Virus record (IMG/VR): IMGVR_UViG_3300045988_092691
Span: 1-35,214 of that record
DNA from: a virus
Length of the DNA: 35,214 nucleotides
Strand: one strand, 5' to 3'
The first letter of the stretch is position 1. Each line of letters starts with the position of its first letter. The notes under the pieces were generated by a model. It had not been told where the DNA came from, ran no database searches, and was given only the letters and a program-made list of their open reading frames with translations. Below are positions 23,256-32,553 of the stretch, in pieces. The translations under genes were made by a program, and so were the position numbers.

Positions 23256-25575
23256 AATCTATCAAGTCCTTAATCAGTCTCGCAAATACAACCTCATCAC
23301 ACTTAAATCCAACACCGGCATTTACAAGTGATGCTGCAACTGCCATTCCAAGCCTGTCGTAATCAATTTCTGTGTTTCCGCCCTGCACAATGATATTTTT
23401 CTGTGTATCTACGCCGGTTTTTCCCATAATTGATAAAATTCCTTCGATTCCTCCTAGCGAACGAAGCATGTTCGCTTCTTCCTTCGTAAGTACCCACTCA
23501 CCTTCGTCCAAGAATGCCGGAAACATATCATGCGGAACGTAATCAAGACCAACCTTAAGCCTTGACATCTTTGGCAGACTGAATGATTTACCTCCAGCGA
23601 TTGGAACCCATTCTGGGACGCTTACACTTCCGATGCTGTTTGCCAAGCTGTTCCATCCATCCACGATCGCATTGATCGGAGCTTTGAAGATGGAAGCAAG
23701 TCCACTGACGGCATTACTGAATATTTCTTTTACATTATTCCACGCATCGCGCCAGTTTCCGGTAAATACATTTTTTATGAAATCTATCAGATTTCGGAAA
23801 ATATTCGTGATATTATTTATCACGCCTGTAACCGTACCAGAAATACTGTTCATGACAGAAGTGAACACACCCATAAGAGCCTGTATCACCGGAGTGAGTG
23901 GTTGTATGGCTGTCTGCACCAGTTCAATAAACGCTGAAATCAACGGCTGTATAGCAGCACTGATCAGATTTACAATCGGGCTCAGTAACTGCACGAATTG
24001 GCTGATAAGCGGTCCAAGTACATCAGTCACAAGAGGTAGTATTGACTCTGCCAAAGTAGAGAGCAATGGGATGAGAGCTTCTCCGATTGGAACAAGAAGT
24101 AATTCAACATTACGTTTCAGCTCTTCAAACTGTGAACCAAGGTCATCATACTTAACGTCCTTGATTTGTTCCATCGCATCAGACGCATCATACGCGCCAT
24201 CTTCAATATCAGCTAAAGCAGAAACCGCTTCGGGTCCCAAATCTTCCCACATGGTTCCCATTAAGTCAACACCAGCTGTATTCTGCGCGATCGGATCTTC
24301 CAGTGCCGCCAGTGCGTCAAGCGTTTGGTTAAACGCTTCCTTGGCAGTATCTCCGCCCGCAGCGAATTTAGCAGCCATCTCATCCGCATTTAGCCCAAGA
24401 AGTTCAAATCCCTGTTTCGTAGTCTCAGATCCATCTACTACACGGATAGACATTTCCTTAACTGCGTCTCCGACCTTATCAAGGTTAAACGCTCCGGATT
24501 CAGCACCTTTTTGGAAGATATTAAACATATCGTCCGCACTCAATCCCATCTTGTCAAACTGAACAGAATACTCAGAAATACTGTCAAGTAGCTCCCCGGA
24601 ATAATCGAGTCCATTTTGTGCGCCTGCGGCAATCATAGACATTGCTTCTTCTCCGGACACTCCGAAATTATCCATCATTGCCTTTGCGGCTCTGGTAGAT
24701 TCAGGAATCTCATATCCGAATGTATCGCGAAGAGCAAATGCAGATTCTGTCACATTTTGAAGACTTGCATCATCCATGTCTCCAAGTTGTTTCGTGACAT
24801 CTCCCATTGCACTTGCAATATCTTGAAAATTTTCACCATAATTATTTGCATAGATATCTTCGAGTACTTTCTGATATCGTTCTGTCTCCTCGCGGCTTTT
24901 TCCTGTCTCTGAAAGGAATGCATTCATTGCACCTTTCATATCGTCGGCAGCTCCAACAGCGAGCGCTCCCATACCTACAGCAGCTGCTCCAGCTCCAACC
25001 GCTGCAACTTGAGCACCAGATAATCCAGAAGTGAGTTCACCGATTTTATCTACAAACGGAATAGCACTTCCTGTAGCATCAGAAAAGCTATCTTTCAAAA
25101 CTTTTCCAACATTGCCAGAAAAAGTATCACCGATTTCTTCTCCAGTTTCTTTTGCGACATCATTTAAATTTTTGATTTCTTCTTCGACATCGGACATATC
25201 TGCGTCACCTTTTATTTTGACGCTTTTGTCCTTGATAACTGCTTTAATTTTAGATTCGGCTTTACTAGTATCTGAATCAACGCCAAACTCCACGTCCTCT
25301 TCGCCGATTTTAGAAATCGCCTTTGCTGCATCACGGCCAGCATCTTTCCATTCATTTACAACATCATCCGCTGCCTTCTCTGCACCTTTTACAACCTTGT
25401 CCGATTCTTTCTTGATGTCCTTAGTCTTCTGTTCTTCTATCTTGACGGAATCATCTGCGGATTCCTTTGCTGCTTTCTTTACTTTCTGATTGGCTTTGTT
25501 GAGATCAGAATCCAAGTTACTGTAATCAGCAACAAGTAAATATTCGACCTCTCCACCATTTGCTTTTCCAGACAT
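23248..25575 (-). CDS. Tail tape measure protein
   Basis: The largest ORF (775 aa). Charged helical N-terminus, Gly/Ala hydrophobic block (AAVGAGAAAVGMGALAVGAA) and a repetitive helical C-terminal half. Sits between the chaperone genes and Dit. Confidence 0.85.
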   Translation of the reverse strand: MSGKANGGEVEYLLVADYSNLDSDLNKANQKVKKAAKESADDSVKIEEQKTKDIKKESDKVVKGAEKAADDVVNEWKDAGRDAAKAISKIGEEDVEFGVDSDTSKAESKIKAVIKDKSVKIKGDADMSDVEEEIKNLNDVAKETGEEIGDTFSGNVGKVLKDSFSDATGSAIPFVDKIGELTSGLSGAQVAAVGAGAAAVGMGALAVGAADDMKGAMNAFLSETGKSREETERYQKVLEDIYANNYGENFQDIASAMGDVTKQLGDMDDASLQNVTESAFALRDTFGYEIPESTRAAKAMMDNFGVSGEEAMSMIAAGAQNGLDYSGELLDSISEYSVQFDKMGLSADDMFNIFQKGAESGAFNLDKVGDAVKEMSIRVVDGSETTKQGFELLGLNADEMAAKFAAGGDTAKEAFNQTLDALAALEDPIAQNTAGVDLMGTMWEDLGPEAVSALADIEDGAYDASDAMEQIKDVKYDDLGSQFEELKRNVELLLVPIGEALIPLLSTLAESILPLVTDVLGPLISQFVQLLSPIVNLISAAIQPLISAFIELVQTAIQPLTPVIQALMGVFTSVMNSISGTVTGVINNITNIFRNLIDFIKNVFTGNWRDAWNNVKEIFSNAVSGLASIFKAPINAIVDGWNSLANSIGSVSVPEWVPIAGGKSFSLPKMSRLKVGLDYVPHDMFPAFLDEGEWVLTKEEANMLRSLGGIEGILSIMGKTGVDTQKNIIVQGGNTEIDYDRLGMAVAASLVNAGVGFKCDEVVFARLIKDLIDYV

Positions 25576-25622
25576 ACTTTCACCTGCCTTATATGTTCAG
25601 ACAGGCACATTGGCACAGCGTC

Positions 25623-25754
25623 TTATATTCTCAGTTCAAATTGTCTTCTGCAGGATTGGTTCTTGCACTTAAAAAAGACGCCCCTGCAGGCAGCGTCATT
25701 CTCATAAAACACATTGATCTGATGCCCGCAGTGCGGACACCTTGCTTTTTTCAT
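25623..25754 (-). CDS. Small Com-like zinc-finger protein (43 aa)
   Basis: MKKARCPHCGHQINVFYENDAACRGVFFKCKNQSCRRQFELRI has a CxxC...CxxxxC layout like Mu Com. The RBS is weak. Confidence 0.35.
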   Translation of the reverse strand: MKKARCPHCGHQINVFYENDAACRGVFFKCKNQSCRRQFELRI

Positions 25755-25773
25755 TTTCTTAATATCGTGCGGT

Positions 25774-26382
25774 TTATCCATTTGTCCTCACCGCCATTCC
25801 CTCCAGTGTACTGAACAGAAGATCGAGTCCCTGTTTTCCGCCTCCTCCGCGAACCGGAAGTGCATAGAAACTTTTCAGTTCCTGTATCTGTTGAATTTCT
25901 TTGGTATTCTTGCCGTTATATTCTGGTACGTCCATGTTACGGATCCGCATTACCTCGCGGATTTTTGATTTCTCAGACAACCCCTGAAACAACGCGAGAA
26001 ACTTTTTCCACGGAAGAATCCCCTGCTGTTCGATCAGATCAATCCCATAGTCCAGCATGAATGAAGCAAATATATAATCGCCATCATATTCAAAATCAAG
26101 GCATGGAAGCTTCTGTCCTGTCGGAGGATGCTTTCTGGTATTTACACATTGCTTATAAATCTCATTCAAAAGTTCTGACCGTTCTAAAATATTTAGCCGG
26201 TTCATGCTGCGCTCTCTGACCAACAACATTCGAAGTGCCTGATTCACTTTGTCAACATCACTGAGCTCTTCTTCTCGATATAACCGTTGAATTTCAAGTA
26301 CCGTATCAAACGCCGAATTAACTCTGTATCTCCGTCCTGCATAATCAACACTGTCCGTGATCGGCTCCACTAAGAATCCCAT
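25774..26382 (-). CDS. Tail assembly protein (Gp15-like, second chaperone-position gene)
   Basis: 202 aa between the chaperone and the tape measure. TAATG overlap with the upstream gene. Confidence 0.55.
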   Translation of the reverse strand: MGFLVEPITDSVDYAGRRYRVNSAFDTVLEIQRLYREEELSDVDKVNQALRMLLVRERSMNRLNILERSELLNEIYKQCVNTRKHPPTGQKLPCLDFEYDGDYIFASFMLDYGIDLIEQQGILPWKKFLALFQGLSEKSKIREVMRIRNMDVPEYNGKNTKEIQQIQELKSFYALPVRGGGGKQGLDLLFSTLEGMAVRTNG

Positions 26383-26831
26383 TAATGCTTCACCTTCATA
26401 AAGCTTCTACGCTGTTTCCGGTCGTATCCGGAAAGAATCTGTCTTTTGTTTTCAGCTACAATATCATTTACCTTTGGAAGCACAATTCCAGAAATAAACG
26501 GAATTACTTCTTTTGACATTTCAACATAGTTATCTTCATAGAACGCAAGTATAATGGCACCGTCTTCTGACCCAAACACCGCTTCGATAATTGCAACAAC
26601 CGCCATGCCAAGTTCCGTATAAGCTTCCTGCACTTTCTCTGCATCATCTTTCATGTTGATATCAGCGCATTTTTTTTGCGCGCGAAGTAAATCAATATAT
26701 TTGCGTCTGATTTTCTCCACCATGCTTCCTGCATCAAGCGATACGTGCAGCGTATGCTCTACCTGTCCATTTTCGTTAATGAGCTCGAAATCTTCGATTA
26801 CCTTTTTACTTCTTTTTGCCTGATATGCCAT
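26382..26831 (-). CDS. Tail assembly chaperone
   Basis: 149 aa, acidic, directly after the major tail protein gene. Confidence 0.6.
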   Translation of the reverse strand: MAYQAKRSKKVIEDFELINENGQVEHTLHVSLDAGSMVEKIRRKYIDLLRAQKKCADINMKDDAEKVQEAYTELGMAVVAIIEAVFGSEDGAIILAFYEDNYVEMSKEVIPFISGIVLPKVNDIVAENKRQILSGYDRKQRRSFMKVKH

Positions 26832-26871
26832 CTTATATACCTCCTAAAAGAGGGACTATTATAAGCCCCTC

Positions 26872-27366
26872 TTATTCAGTTGTTCCAATTGCTGGGCGTC
26901 CATTTCCGTGAATTGTTACTGTAAGCGCATTCACAGCTCCCGAATCACCATATGCAGGTGTTATATTCGCAATCGTAACTGGCCAGATAATCACCTTATT
27001 TCCTTTCTGTAATTTCAAGTGATTCTTTCTTGCGCTTCCAAGTTCGTACATCACCTTGTCACTAAGAAGGAAATCACATGCTGCATCACCGGGCTTCACA
27101 GCTCCTGTCAACGTGATCGTCAGTTGCGCACCAATCACTTCCGTACTTCCCCACCCTTTATCTGCATAATACACAGCCTGGTCAAGCACTTCGTTTAAAC
27201 TCTGAGCCATATTCTTAGTCAGATTGGCCAAGGAAGACCATACCGGAGAAGAAGCTTCGCCTGAAGCCGTATTGATAAATGCTTCTGTTTCATAATTCAT
27301 CTCCGGCGTAATTGGGTTGTCTGGAAGTTGCGGCTCTGCAAAAATCTGCAGATCTAATTTTTTCAT
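26872..27366 (-). CDS. Major tail (tube) protein with an L27-like N-terminal propeptide
   Basis: Start moved to ATG 27366 (GAAAGGA, 8 nt). MKKLDLQIFAEPQLP.... 164 aa. Position after the head-tail joining genes. Confidence 0.7.
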   Translation of the reverse strand: MKKLDLQIFAEPQLPDNPITPEMNYETEAFINTASGEASSPVWSSLANLTKNMAQSLNEVLDQAVYYADKGWGSTEVIGAQLTITLTGAVKPGDAACDFLLSDKVMYELGSARKNHLKLQKGNKVIIWPVTIANITPAYGDSGAVNALTVTIHGNGRPAIGTTE

Positions 27367-27380
27367 CTTTATCATCCTTT

Positions 27381-27773
27381 CTAAAAATATACTTTGCAGT
27401 TTACAATCGCGGAATAATAATATTTCCCGTCCTCGTCCCTGCCTATTTTGTTTGGTTCTTTTGCCGTTATCGCATTCATCCAAGCCACTTGCTGTCCGTT
27501 TGGATATTCCTTAATATTACTCAGATAATTACAAATATCTGCGAGTTGATCTAAACAGCGTTCCTGGCTAACGTTACGGCATAAAAATAGCACCGGTATT
27601 GTTTTCTCCGATGCTCCTTTACTGTAATACTGTCCATCTCCGAAGCCTTCTCCGAGTTCGGCATAAAGGCCGCCTTCCGGTGGAAGTTCTTTTGTTGATA
27701 TCTTTGTATCAAGATTGCAGTTATTCTCTGCAGCTGTACATATCAAATCTAAAAATTCAGACTGTGGGCTCAT
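27381..27773 (-). CDS. Head-tail joining / tail terminator protein
   Basis: Start moved to ATG 27773 (ATGA overlap). Assigned by synteny. Confidence 0.55.
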   Translation of the reverse strand: MSPQSEFLDLICTAAENNCNLDTKISTKELPPEGGLYAELGEGFGDGQYYSKGASEKTIPVLFLCRNVSQERCLDQLADICNYLSNIKEYPNGQQVAWMNAITAKEPNKIGRDEDGKYYYSAIVNCKVYF

Positions 27774-28180
27774 CCCTGCATCATCCTCCTTTTCATTGCT
27801 GCCTGATATACTTTCTTCCATTCTTCTCCGTGTACTTCCCTGGCGTACTTCGCCCATTCTTCGCGGGCAAGAGCAGAAGTAAAGGTCAGCTTTTCCGGTC
27901 CATATGTACGTGAATTAGGGTTCCCATACATAACATCGCCATGCCAGAGATATTGGGCGTAAGGCGTCTGCCACCGCATCCGGAATTTTCCATCTACTGC
28001 ACTTTTGTCGCTTGCTGTCAATCCGCTATTTTCAAGTGTATGCTGGTCTTTCGGCACATACTGACTTACATCCTGCAATGCCTGATTTCCCATCATGGTA
28101 AGCCCATAATCATTTCCAGCCTTGATAAGCGCTTTTGCCTGCGACTTATGGAATGTTACCCTTGACTTAATCTTAGGCAT
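27770..28180 (-). CDS. Head-tail joining protein (minor capsid / tail-completion type)
   Basis: Start moved to ATG 28180 (MPKIKSRVTFHKSQ...). Assigned by synteny. Confidence 0.55.
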   Translation of the reverse strand: MPKIKSRVTFHKSQAKALIKAGNDYGLTMMGNQALQDVSQYVPKDQHTLENSGLTASDKSAVDGKFRMRWQTPYAQYLWHGDVMYGNPNSRTYGPEKLTFTSALAREEWAKYAREVHGEEWKKVYQAAMKRRMMQG

Positions 28181-28517
28181 ATGAAACCAGCCCCATTTCA
28201 TAATGATGCAGCTTCTTTCTGTCATACAATGGTTCCACAATCTGAATCCTGTGATTATGACCGTTAAACACGATGACATCATCTACTTTAAATGAGATAT
28301 CTTTCGGGTCACTGTTTCTGCAGTCGTAGAACAGCGTAGCAGCAAGCTGTATTTCTGCATTATTCTTATCCCTCACGATTCTACTTGACGGCTCCATTCG
28401 CACATGTGTGAGCCTTGTTCCATCATCTAATGAATCTTCTTCGAATCTACCGCCCGTATTCACTTTTTTATGAAGCATGACTGAATGCGAAAGTAAACTT
28501 TTTGGAATAGGCTTCAT
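28173..28517 (-). CDS. Head closure / head-tail adaptor protein
   Basis: 114 aa. Assigned by synteny. Confidence 0.5.
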   Translation of the reverse strand: MKPIPKSLLSHSVMLHKKVNTGGRFEEDSLDDGTRLTHVRMEPSSRIVRDKNNAEIQLAATLFYDCRNSDPKDISFKVDDVIVFNGHNHRIQIVEPLYDRKKLHHYEMGLVSYA

Positions 28518-28900
28518 ACTGCACCTCCTCGGTATAAGAGACCAGTTGGAAGCAACAACCTCTGCGCTCTCGGCGCGTATATAGACTGTGACGAACTTCC
28601 ATCCGAACCGGACGCCCTGGAATAGTTAAACTTTCCAAGACCGGCGCTTTGAATGTCTACTCCGTTGTCCATATCGCTTCCGCCGTTTGCATCGAGATAC
28701 TCAATCTGAGCACACACTGCTTTCTTGATGCGCTCCTGTGTATCTTCCGTCATTTCAGGAAGTGAAACAGACGTTAAACGATACATCGTCATTTCTTCGA
28801 TGATTTCTCCGGCACGCTCGCAGAGCGAAGGGAAGTCGGATGGATCAACCGGCTCCCCTTTGAAAGTATCATGATAGTATTTATCATCTACGTAAGGCAT
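28514..28900 (-). CDS. Head-tail connector (gp6-like DNA-packaging) protein
   Basis: 128 aa, first gene after the major capsid gene. Start MPYVDDKYYHDTF.... Confidence 0.55.
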   Translation of the reverse strand: MPYVDDKYYHDTFKGEPVDPSDFPSLCERAGEIIEEMTMYRLTSVSLPEMTEDTQERIKKAVCAQIEYLDANGGSDMDNGVDIQSAGLGKFNYSRASGSDGSSSQSIYAPRAQRLLLPTGLLYRGGAV

Positions 28901-28914
28901 TAGATCACCTCATA

Positions 28915-29784
28915 CTAAGCAGCTTTCTTTTTGATAGTTACAGTCTCCGGTCTGGAAACCATCATGCCATACACACGACGTCCCTGAACAGCAGATGCTC
29001 CAATGTGCTTACCATCTTTTAAGTCGTTTACGGTAACAGGAACCATCCACTCGTCAACAAAATGGCAAAACACCTTATTTCCAATAATATATTCCACTTT
29101 AGTTGTATCTGGGATATTGTTCGTCTCGTAAACATCCAGGCCATTGATTCTACCAACGCGTCCATTCTGGATAACATTATCACCAAGTTCAGAAGACTTG
29201 ATAAACTCCGGAGACTTTAACAGCAGCGCATATGTCTCGTTTGTAACAGCAAGCCACATCTCTGCCGGATTAAGTCCTTTCTTTTTCAGCGATGCCACTT
29301 CATCGACAACTGACTCGTAAATCGTCGCCTTTGTCAATGCAGTCGTGTTGCTGGAAGCAGTTCCTTTTGTAATCAGTAATGAGATAAGTTCTGAATCAAA
29401 TGATACACCCATCGCATACCCAGCGGAATCCAGACGATCAGCCACTAAATTGTCAGGAACTGAAGCTGCGTCATACCCATCAATCAGCTCATTTACGTAT
29501 TTATCCTTATCAATTGTGAGGGTCTTGTAAGTTGTAGAACCCTCTGAAAGTGTTCCGCCTGTAGATTTGTTGTAATCTCCTACGGTCACTTCGGTATCTC
29601 TAACCGGAACCTTTACCGCTCCTGCAGTTGGTGTTCCCTCGTATCTTGTATTGAAAAGGCTTGAGAAGATTGTTGTCTTCCTCAGCTTTGCAAGAACAAG
29701 ACTGGAATATCTTTCCTGCGGTTCATGTGCAAATAACTGCAAGTCCATAGTTAATTTAAACTTCATAAATTCTTTAAAATGCAT
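28915..29784 (-). CDS. Major capsid protein with an L27-like N-terminal propeptide
   Basis: About 290 aa, following the scaffold gene. The N-terminus ...KFKLTMDLQLFAHEP carries the Prp motif. Start taken at the ATG 7 nt after AAGGAGA. Confidence 0.8.
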   Translation of the reverse strand: MHFKEFMKFKLTMDLQLFAHEPQERYSSLVLAKLRKTTIFSSLFNTRYEGTPTAGAVKVPVRDTEVTVGDYNKSTGGTLSEGSTTYKTLTIDKDKYVNELIDGYDAASVPDNLVADRLDSAGYAMGVSFDSELISLLITKGTASSNTTALTKATIYESVVDEVASLKKKGLNPAEMWLAVTNETYALLLKSPEFIKSSELGDNVIQNGRVGRINGLDVYETNNIPDTTKVEYIIGNKVFCHFVDEWMVPVTVNDLKDGKHIGASAVQGRRVYGMMVSRPETVTIKKKAA

Positions 29785-29796
29785 AATCATTCTCCT

Positions 29797-30426
29797 TTAC
29801 TTCAAGTCAGGGTTCAGTTCATAGAAACGCTTTTCCACACCAGTCAGTTTTTTCGGTGCTCTTCCGTTTTGTCTCTGCCCCCATGATTTACCTCGTGTTT
29901 CATCATCATCGTCATTATCGACTTTAGAAGATTGTTTAAACTGTGGATACTTTTTCAGTACCTCATCGATGGCGTCTTCGATATCCATATCCTCATCTTT
30001 TGCCATGTGCACTTTAGCAAGCGCGAGAACATCATCTACACAAGATTTATCTACATCATGCTCAAGGCATGTCCATTTAAGCTCAAGATCCTCAGCTTTA
30101 GCAGCCTTGTCTCGAAGCTCCTTTGTCTCCTTATCTTCTTTGCCATCATCACCGACTTTTCCCTTGTCGTCAGGTTTGTTTTTTTCATCATTCTTTTTCT
30201 GCTGTGCTCTCTGCCATTTTCTCTTTTCTCTAGCAAGGCGCTTCTTAACCGCATCATCGACATCCTTTTGAGAAAATTTCTTTTCATCGTCCTGGTCGTC
30301 TTCTTCCTCGTCATCGTCTTCCGGATCATCTTCTTCCTCAGATCCTTCTCCTCCTGGCTCTTCTCCTTCAGCAAAAACCTGCAAGTCAATATTCCAGTAT
30401 CTTTTTTTCATGTTCATGTTTTTCAT
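29797..30426 (-). CDS. Scaffolding protein with an L27-like N-terminal propeptide
   Basis: Start moved to ATG 30426 (GGAGG, 7 nt). MKNMNMKKRYWNIDLQVFAEGEE, then a highly acidic and a highly basic helical region. Upstream of the capsid gene. Confidence 0.75.
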   Translation of the reverse strand: MKNMNMKKRYWNIDLQVFAEGEEPGGEGSEEEDDPEDDDEEEDDQDDEKKFSQKDVDDAVKKRLAREKRKWQRAQQKKNDEKNKPDDKGKVGDDGKEDKETKELRDKAAKAEDLELKWTCLEHDVDKSCVDDVLALAKVHMAKDEDMDIEDAIDEVLKKYPQFKQSSKVDNDDDDETRGKSWGQRQNGRAPKKLTGVEKRFYELNPDLK

Positions 30427-30450
30427 GATAATACCTCCATTCATTCCGTT

Positions 30451-30756
30451 TTACGCCTGTTTGGCGACCGTAACCTGTACGTAGTCACTGCCATAGTTAT
30501 TTTGTATATCACTTACGGCAATAAAAAAAGAATCGACCAGAAGACATCCTCTTTCTGATAGGTCCTTGTAATTTATATCAACGTGCCCTTTCTCAATATG
30601 GTAAGAGATCTCATCATCCGTCAATGATTTAAGCGAATGTATAAGTCCCTGTGTTAATACCGAAACCGATGCACAAATGATATCTTTTCCAGTTTCTGCA
30701 TATCCTGCATGGCCATCTACTGTAATGCCGGTTGTGGATACGTTTACCACAATCAA
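30451..30756 (-). CDS. prp: Prp-family cysteine protease (ribosomal-processing protease homologue, DUF464)
   Basis: VDGHAGYAETGKDIICASVSVLTQ matches the Prp GHA...DIVCAAVS His/Cys dyad. Likely TTG start at 30756, 6 nt after GGAGGTG. Confidence 0.8.
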   Translation of the reverse strand: MIVVNVSTTGITVDGHAGYAETGKDIICASVSVLTQGLIHSLKSLTDDEISYHIEKGHVDINYKDLSERGCLLVDSFFIAVSDIQNNYGSDYVQVTVAKQA

Positions 30757-30815
30757 TATAACCACCTCCAAAAAATGAGTATAAAAATACCACTGACCAT
30801 TGCGATCAGTGGTTG

Positions 30816-30989
30816 TTAATCTTCTCTATGATTTGGACATTCTAAACATATTTCACGATATCCATATGTATCAATTGCCTTTTTCGGTGCTGTAAATTCA
30901 GGAGCCATTCCCTCAACGACCATGTGGATATCAAAACATATTACATCATCAATCTTTCCACCCATAAGCGGACAATTAACCTTTGCCAT
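30816..30989 (-). CDS. Small Cys-containing protein (57 aa), overlapping the 3' end of the minor capsid gene
   Basis: MAKVNCPLMGGKIDDVICFDIHMVVEGMAPEFTAPKKAIDTYGYREICLECPNHRED. Followed by the hairpin ccactga...tcagtgg and a T tract. Confidence 0.4.
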   Translation of the reverse strand: MAKVNCPLMGGKIDDVICFDIHMVVEGMAPEFTAPKKAIDTYGYREICLECPNHRED

Positions 30990-32553
30990 TCTTTCTCAGC
31001 ACCTCCATCATATTTTTTACATTATCATCAAACTGTTCTTTATGGAACGATGTCCGAATATTATTATTCTCCATATCTACATAGGTTGCCCCGTTCGATC
31101 CATAATAATTAACAAATCTACCATTCCATCTTGTAATCGAAACATCAGACTCTTTGATGAATCGTTCAGCATCTTCTCTCGTTACCTTGTGATCGCGTTC
31201 TGCATTAATATGTTCATCATCAAATGCGAATCCAGAAACATCGATCTTATTCGGCGAAAGATTCACTTCTCCCTTAATACCTGTTGATTTTATCTCTGAT
31301 ATTATTTTATCATTTCTGGCTTTTTCTTCAAGTTCTTTTTGAGCCTTCTTGTTAGCCGATACCGCCTCAGCTGATACCCTCTTGTCAAATCCAACAACCT
31401 GTTCCCTGTCTTTTCTCCGGTGCAAGTTATCATGCTGATCTACATATCCTTTAAGCTTCGCTTCCTTCGCTTTCAGCTTAACAGCAGCCTCTTCAAATGC
31501 CTCTGTATCTCCAAGCTCATCATATAGCACGCACTCTCGCTTCTGCTTCCTTATATCTCGTTCAAGAGCTCTTTGAACCTGTGTCTGCTTGTACAGCCGA
31601 TTATTTGCATCCAGATCTTCTGTGGGAAAATATCGCTGCACATTCACTCCTGGAACAAATGGGAATTTGTGATGTCCACAATTAATTCCAAGGATTCCAT
31701 CTGGTTCTCCGTAACTGGAAGAGTTCCACGGATAATACCGTATTTTCTTTCCGTGCAGATCTTCTGTATATCCACTGTTGTTATTTAAGTCAAATATCTT
31801 CCCTTGGTCTTTTGCACATTTTGGTCGTGCACCTGAGTGTGCGTCTATGGCAATCAGATTAATTCCATAATCTTTACATCTGGCTGTCTGTACTTCATCT
31901 GCCACACTGCCGGCAGTGGTTCGCATTGACATATTAACATATGCCTCTGGTGTCCAGTTTCTACCACGCTTGTCAATGAATCCAGTAACACCAGCGTCAT
32001 TAAACTGCCTGATTGTCTTCCTGAGTGCCTGCTGTCTGGACTCTGCACCAGTAATCACAGCAGAAGTATTGTTGTTCATAATCTTTATCGCTTCATCCGC
32101 TGTATTCTGCGCGAGCGTTATAAAAGCTTCCTGAGCCTTATTCAACATAGTTGTGTTAGTGAGATTCAAAGAGTCCTTCGCCTGCCGGAGCAGATTATTC
32201 ATTGTCTGCTTTACATTCTTACTCTTTGCGTAATCAACTGCTTCTTCTGCCATTCCTTTCCTTGCCAGATACTGAAAACCGGGCTCCATGTTCTGGATAG
32301 CTTCATCTGCCATATCATTCAGCATTCTCTCTGCTGCAGCCTGGCTGATACCTGACATCTGAGCAATCAGCTTAATGTTTTCCTTGTTAAGCTTTCCAAT
32401 TTCTCCGAGCTTCTGCAGGAGCCATCTGTCCGTATCAATCGGCTGATCCCAGTCACTAAGATGACGTGCGATATTCTGCATCAACCGAGCTTCCAGATCT
32501 ATGTAGACACTATCTATTGTTTCCGCCGCCTGTTGGTTCTTCAAAAGATTCAT
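30976..32553 (-). CDS. Minor capsid protein (Phage_min_cap2 / head-morphogenesis type) with an extra C-terminal module
   Basis: 525 aa, directly after the portal gene. Residues 1-350 resemble minor capsid protein 2. A coiled coil follows, then a distinct roughly 105-aa C-terminal domain. Confidence 0.7.
   Translation of the reverse strand: MNLLKNQQAAETIDSVYIDLEARLMQNIARHLSDWDQPIDTDRWLLQKLGEIGKLNKENIKLIAQMSGISQAAAERMLNDMADEAIQNMEPGFQYLARKGMAEEAVDYAKSKNVKQTMNNLLRQAKDSLNLTNTTMLNKAQEAFITLAQNTADEAIKIMNNNTSAVITGAESRQQALRKTIRQFNDAGVTGFIDKRGRNWTPEAYVNMSMRTTAGSVADEVQTARCKDYGINLIAIDAHSGARPKCAKDQGKIFDLNNNSGYTEDLHGKKIRYYPWNSSSYGEPDGILGINCGHHKFPFVPGVNVQRYFPTEDLDANNRLYKQTQVQRALERDIRKQKRECVLYDELGDTEAFEEAAVKLKAKEAKLKGYVDQHDNLHRRKDREQVVGFDKRVSAEAVSANKKAQKELEEKARNDKIISEIKSTGIKGEVNLSPNKIDVSGFAFDDEHINAERDHKVTREDAERFIKESDVSITRWNGRFVNYYGSNGATYVDMENNNIRTSFHKEQFDDNVKNMMEVLRKNGKG

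Noticed and set aside
23633-24562. 309-aa plus-strand ORF, with neighbouring plus-strand ORFs at 24616..25489
   Set aside because: Entirely antisense to the tape measure gene. Its Ser/Ala/Ile-rich low-complexity translation is what the reverse frame of a helical Ala/Glu/Lys-rich gene produces. No RBS. A shadow ORF.
25774-26831. Programmed -1 frameshift between the two genes upstream of the tape measure (the G/GT paradigm)
   Set aside because: The genes are joined by a simple TAATG stop/start overlap. I could not see a slippery heptamer (XXXYYYZ) near the end of 26382..26831 that would extend it into the next frame. They are treated as separate genes, but this was not searched exhaustively.
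26872-28282. Long N-terminal extensions in the ORF track (27483, 27857 and 28282 starts; likewise 2582 and 17893)
   Set aside because: The extensions overlap the preceding gene by 100 nt or more and lack an RBS. Internal ATGs with an RBS or ATGA/ATG-stop coupling (27366, 27773, 28180, 2456, 17836) give the usual tight packing.
29932-30558. Plus-strand ORFs 29932..30558 and 29969..30271, and the alternative minus-frame ORF 30051..30389
   Set aside because: They overlap the scaffold gene, whose GAA/GAT/AAG repeats keep several frames open. The translations are Phe/Leu/Ser runs. Not genes.
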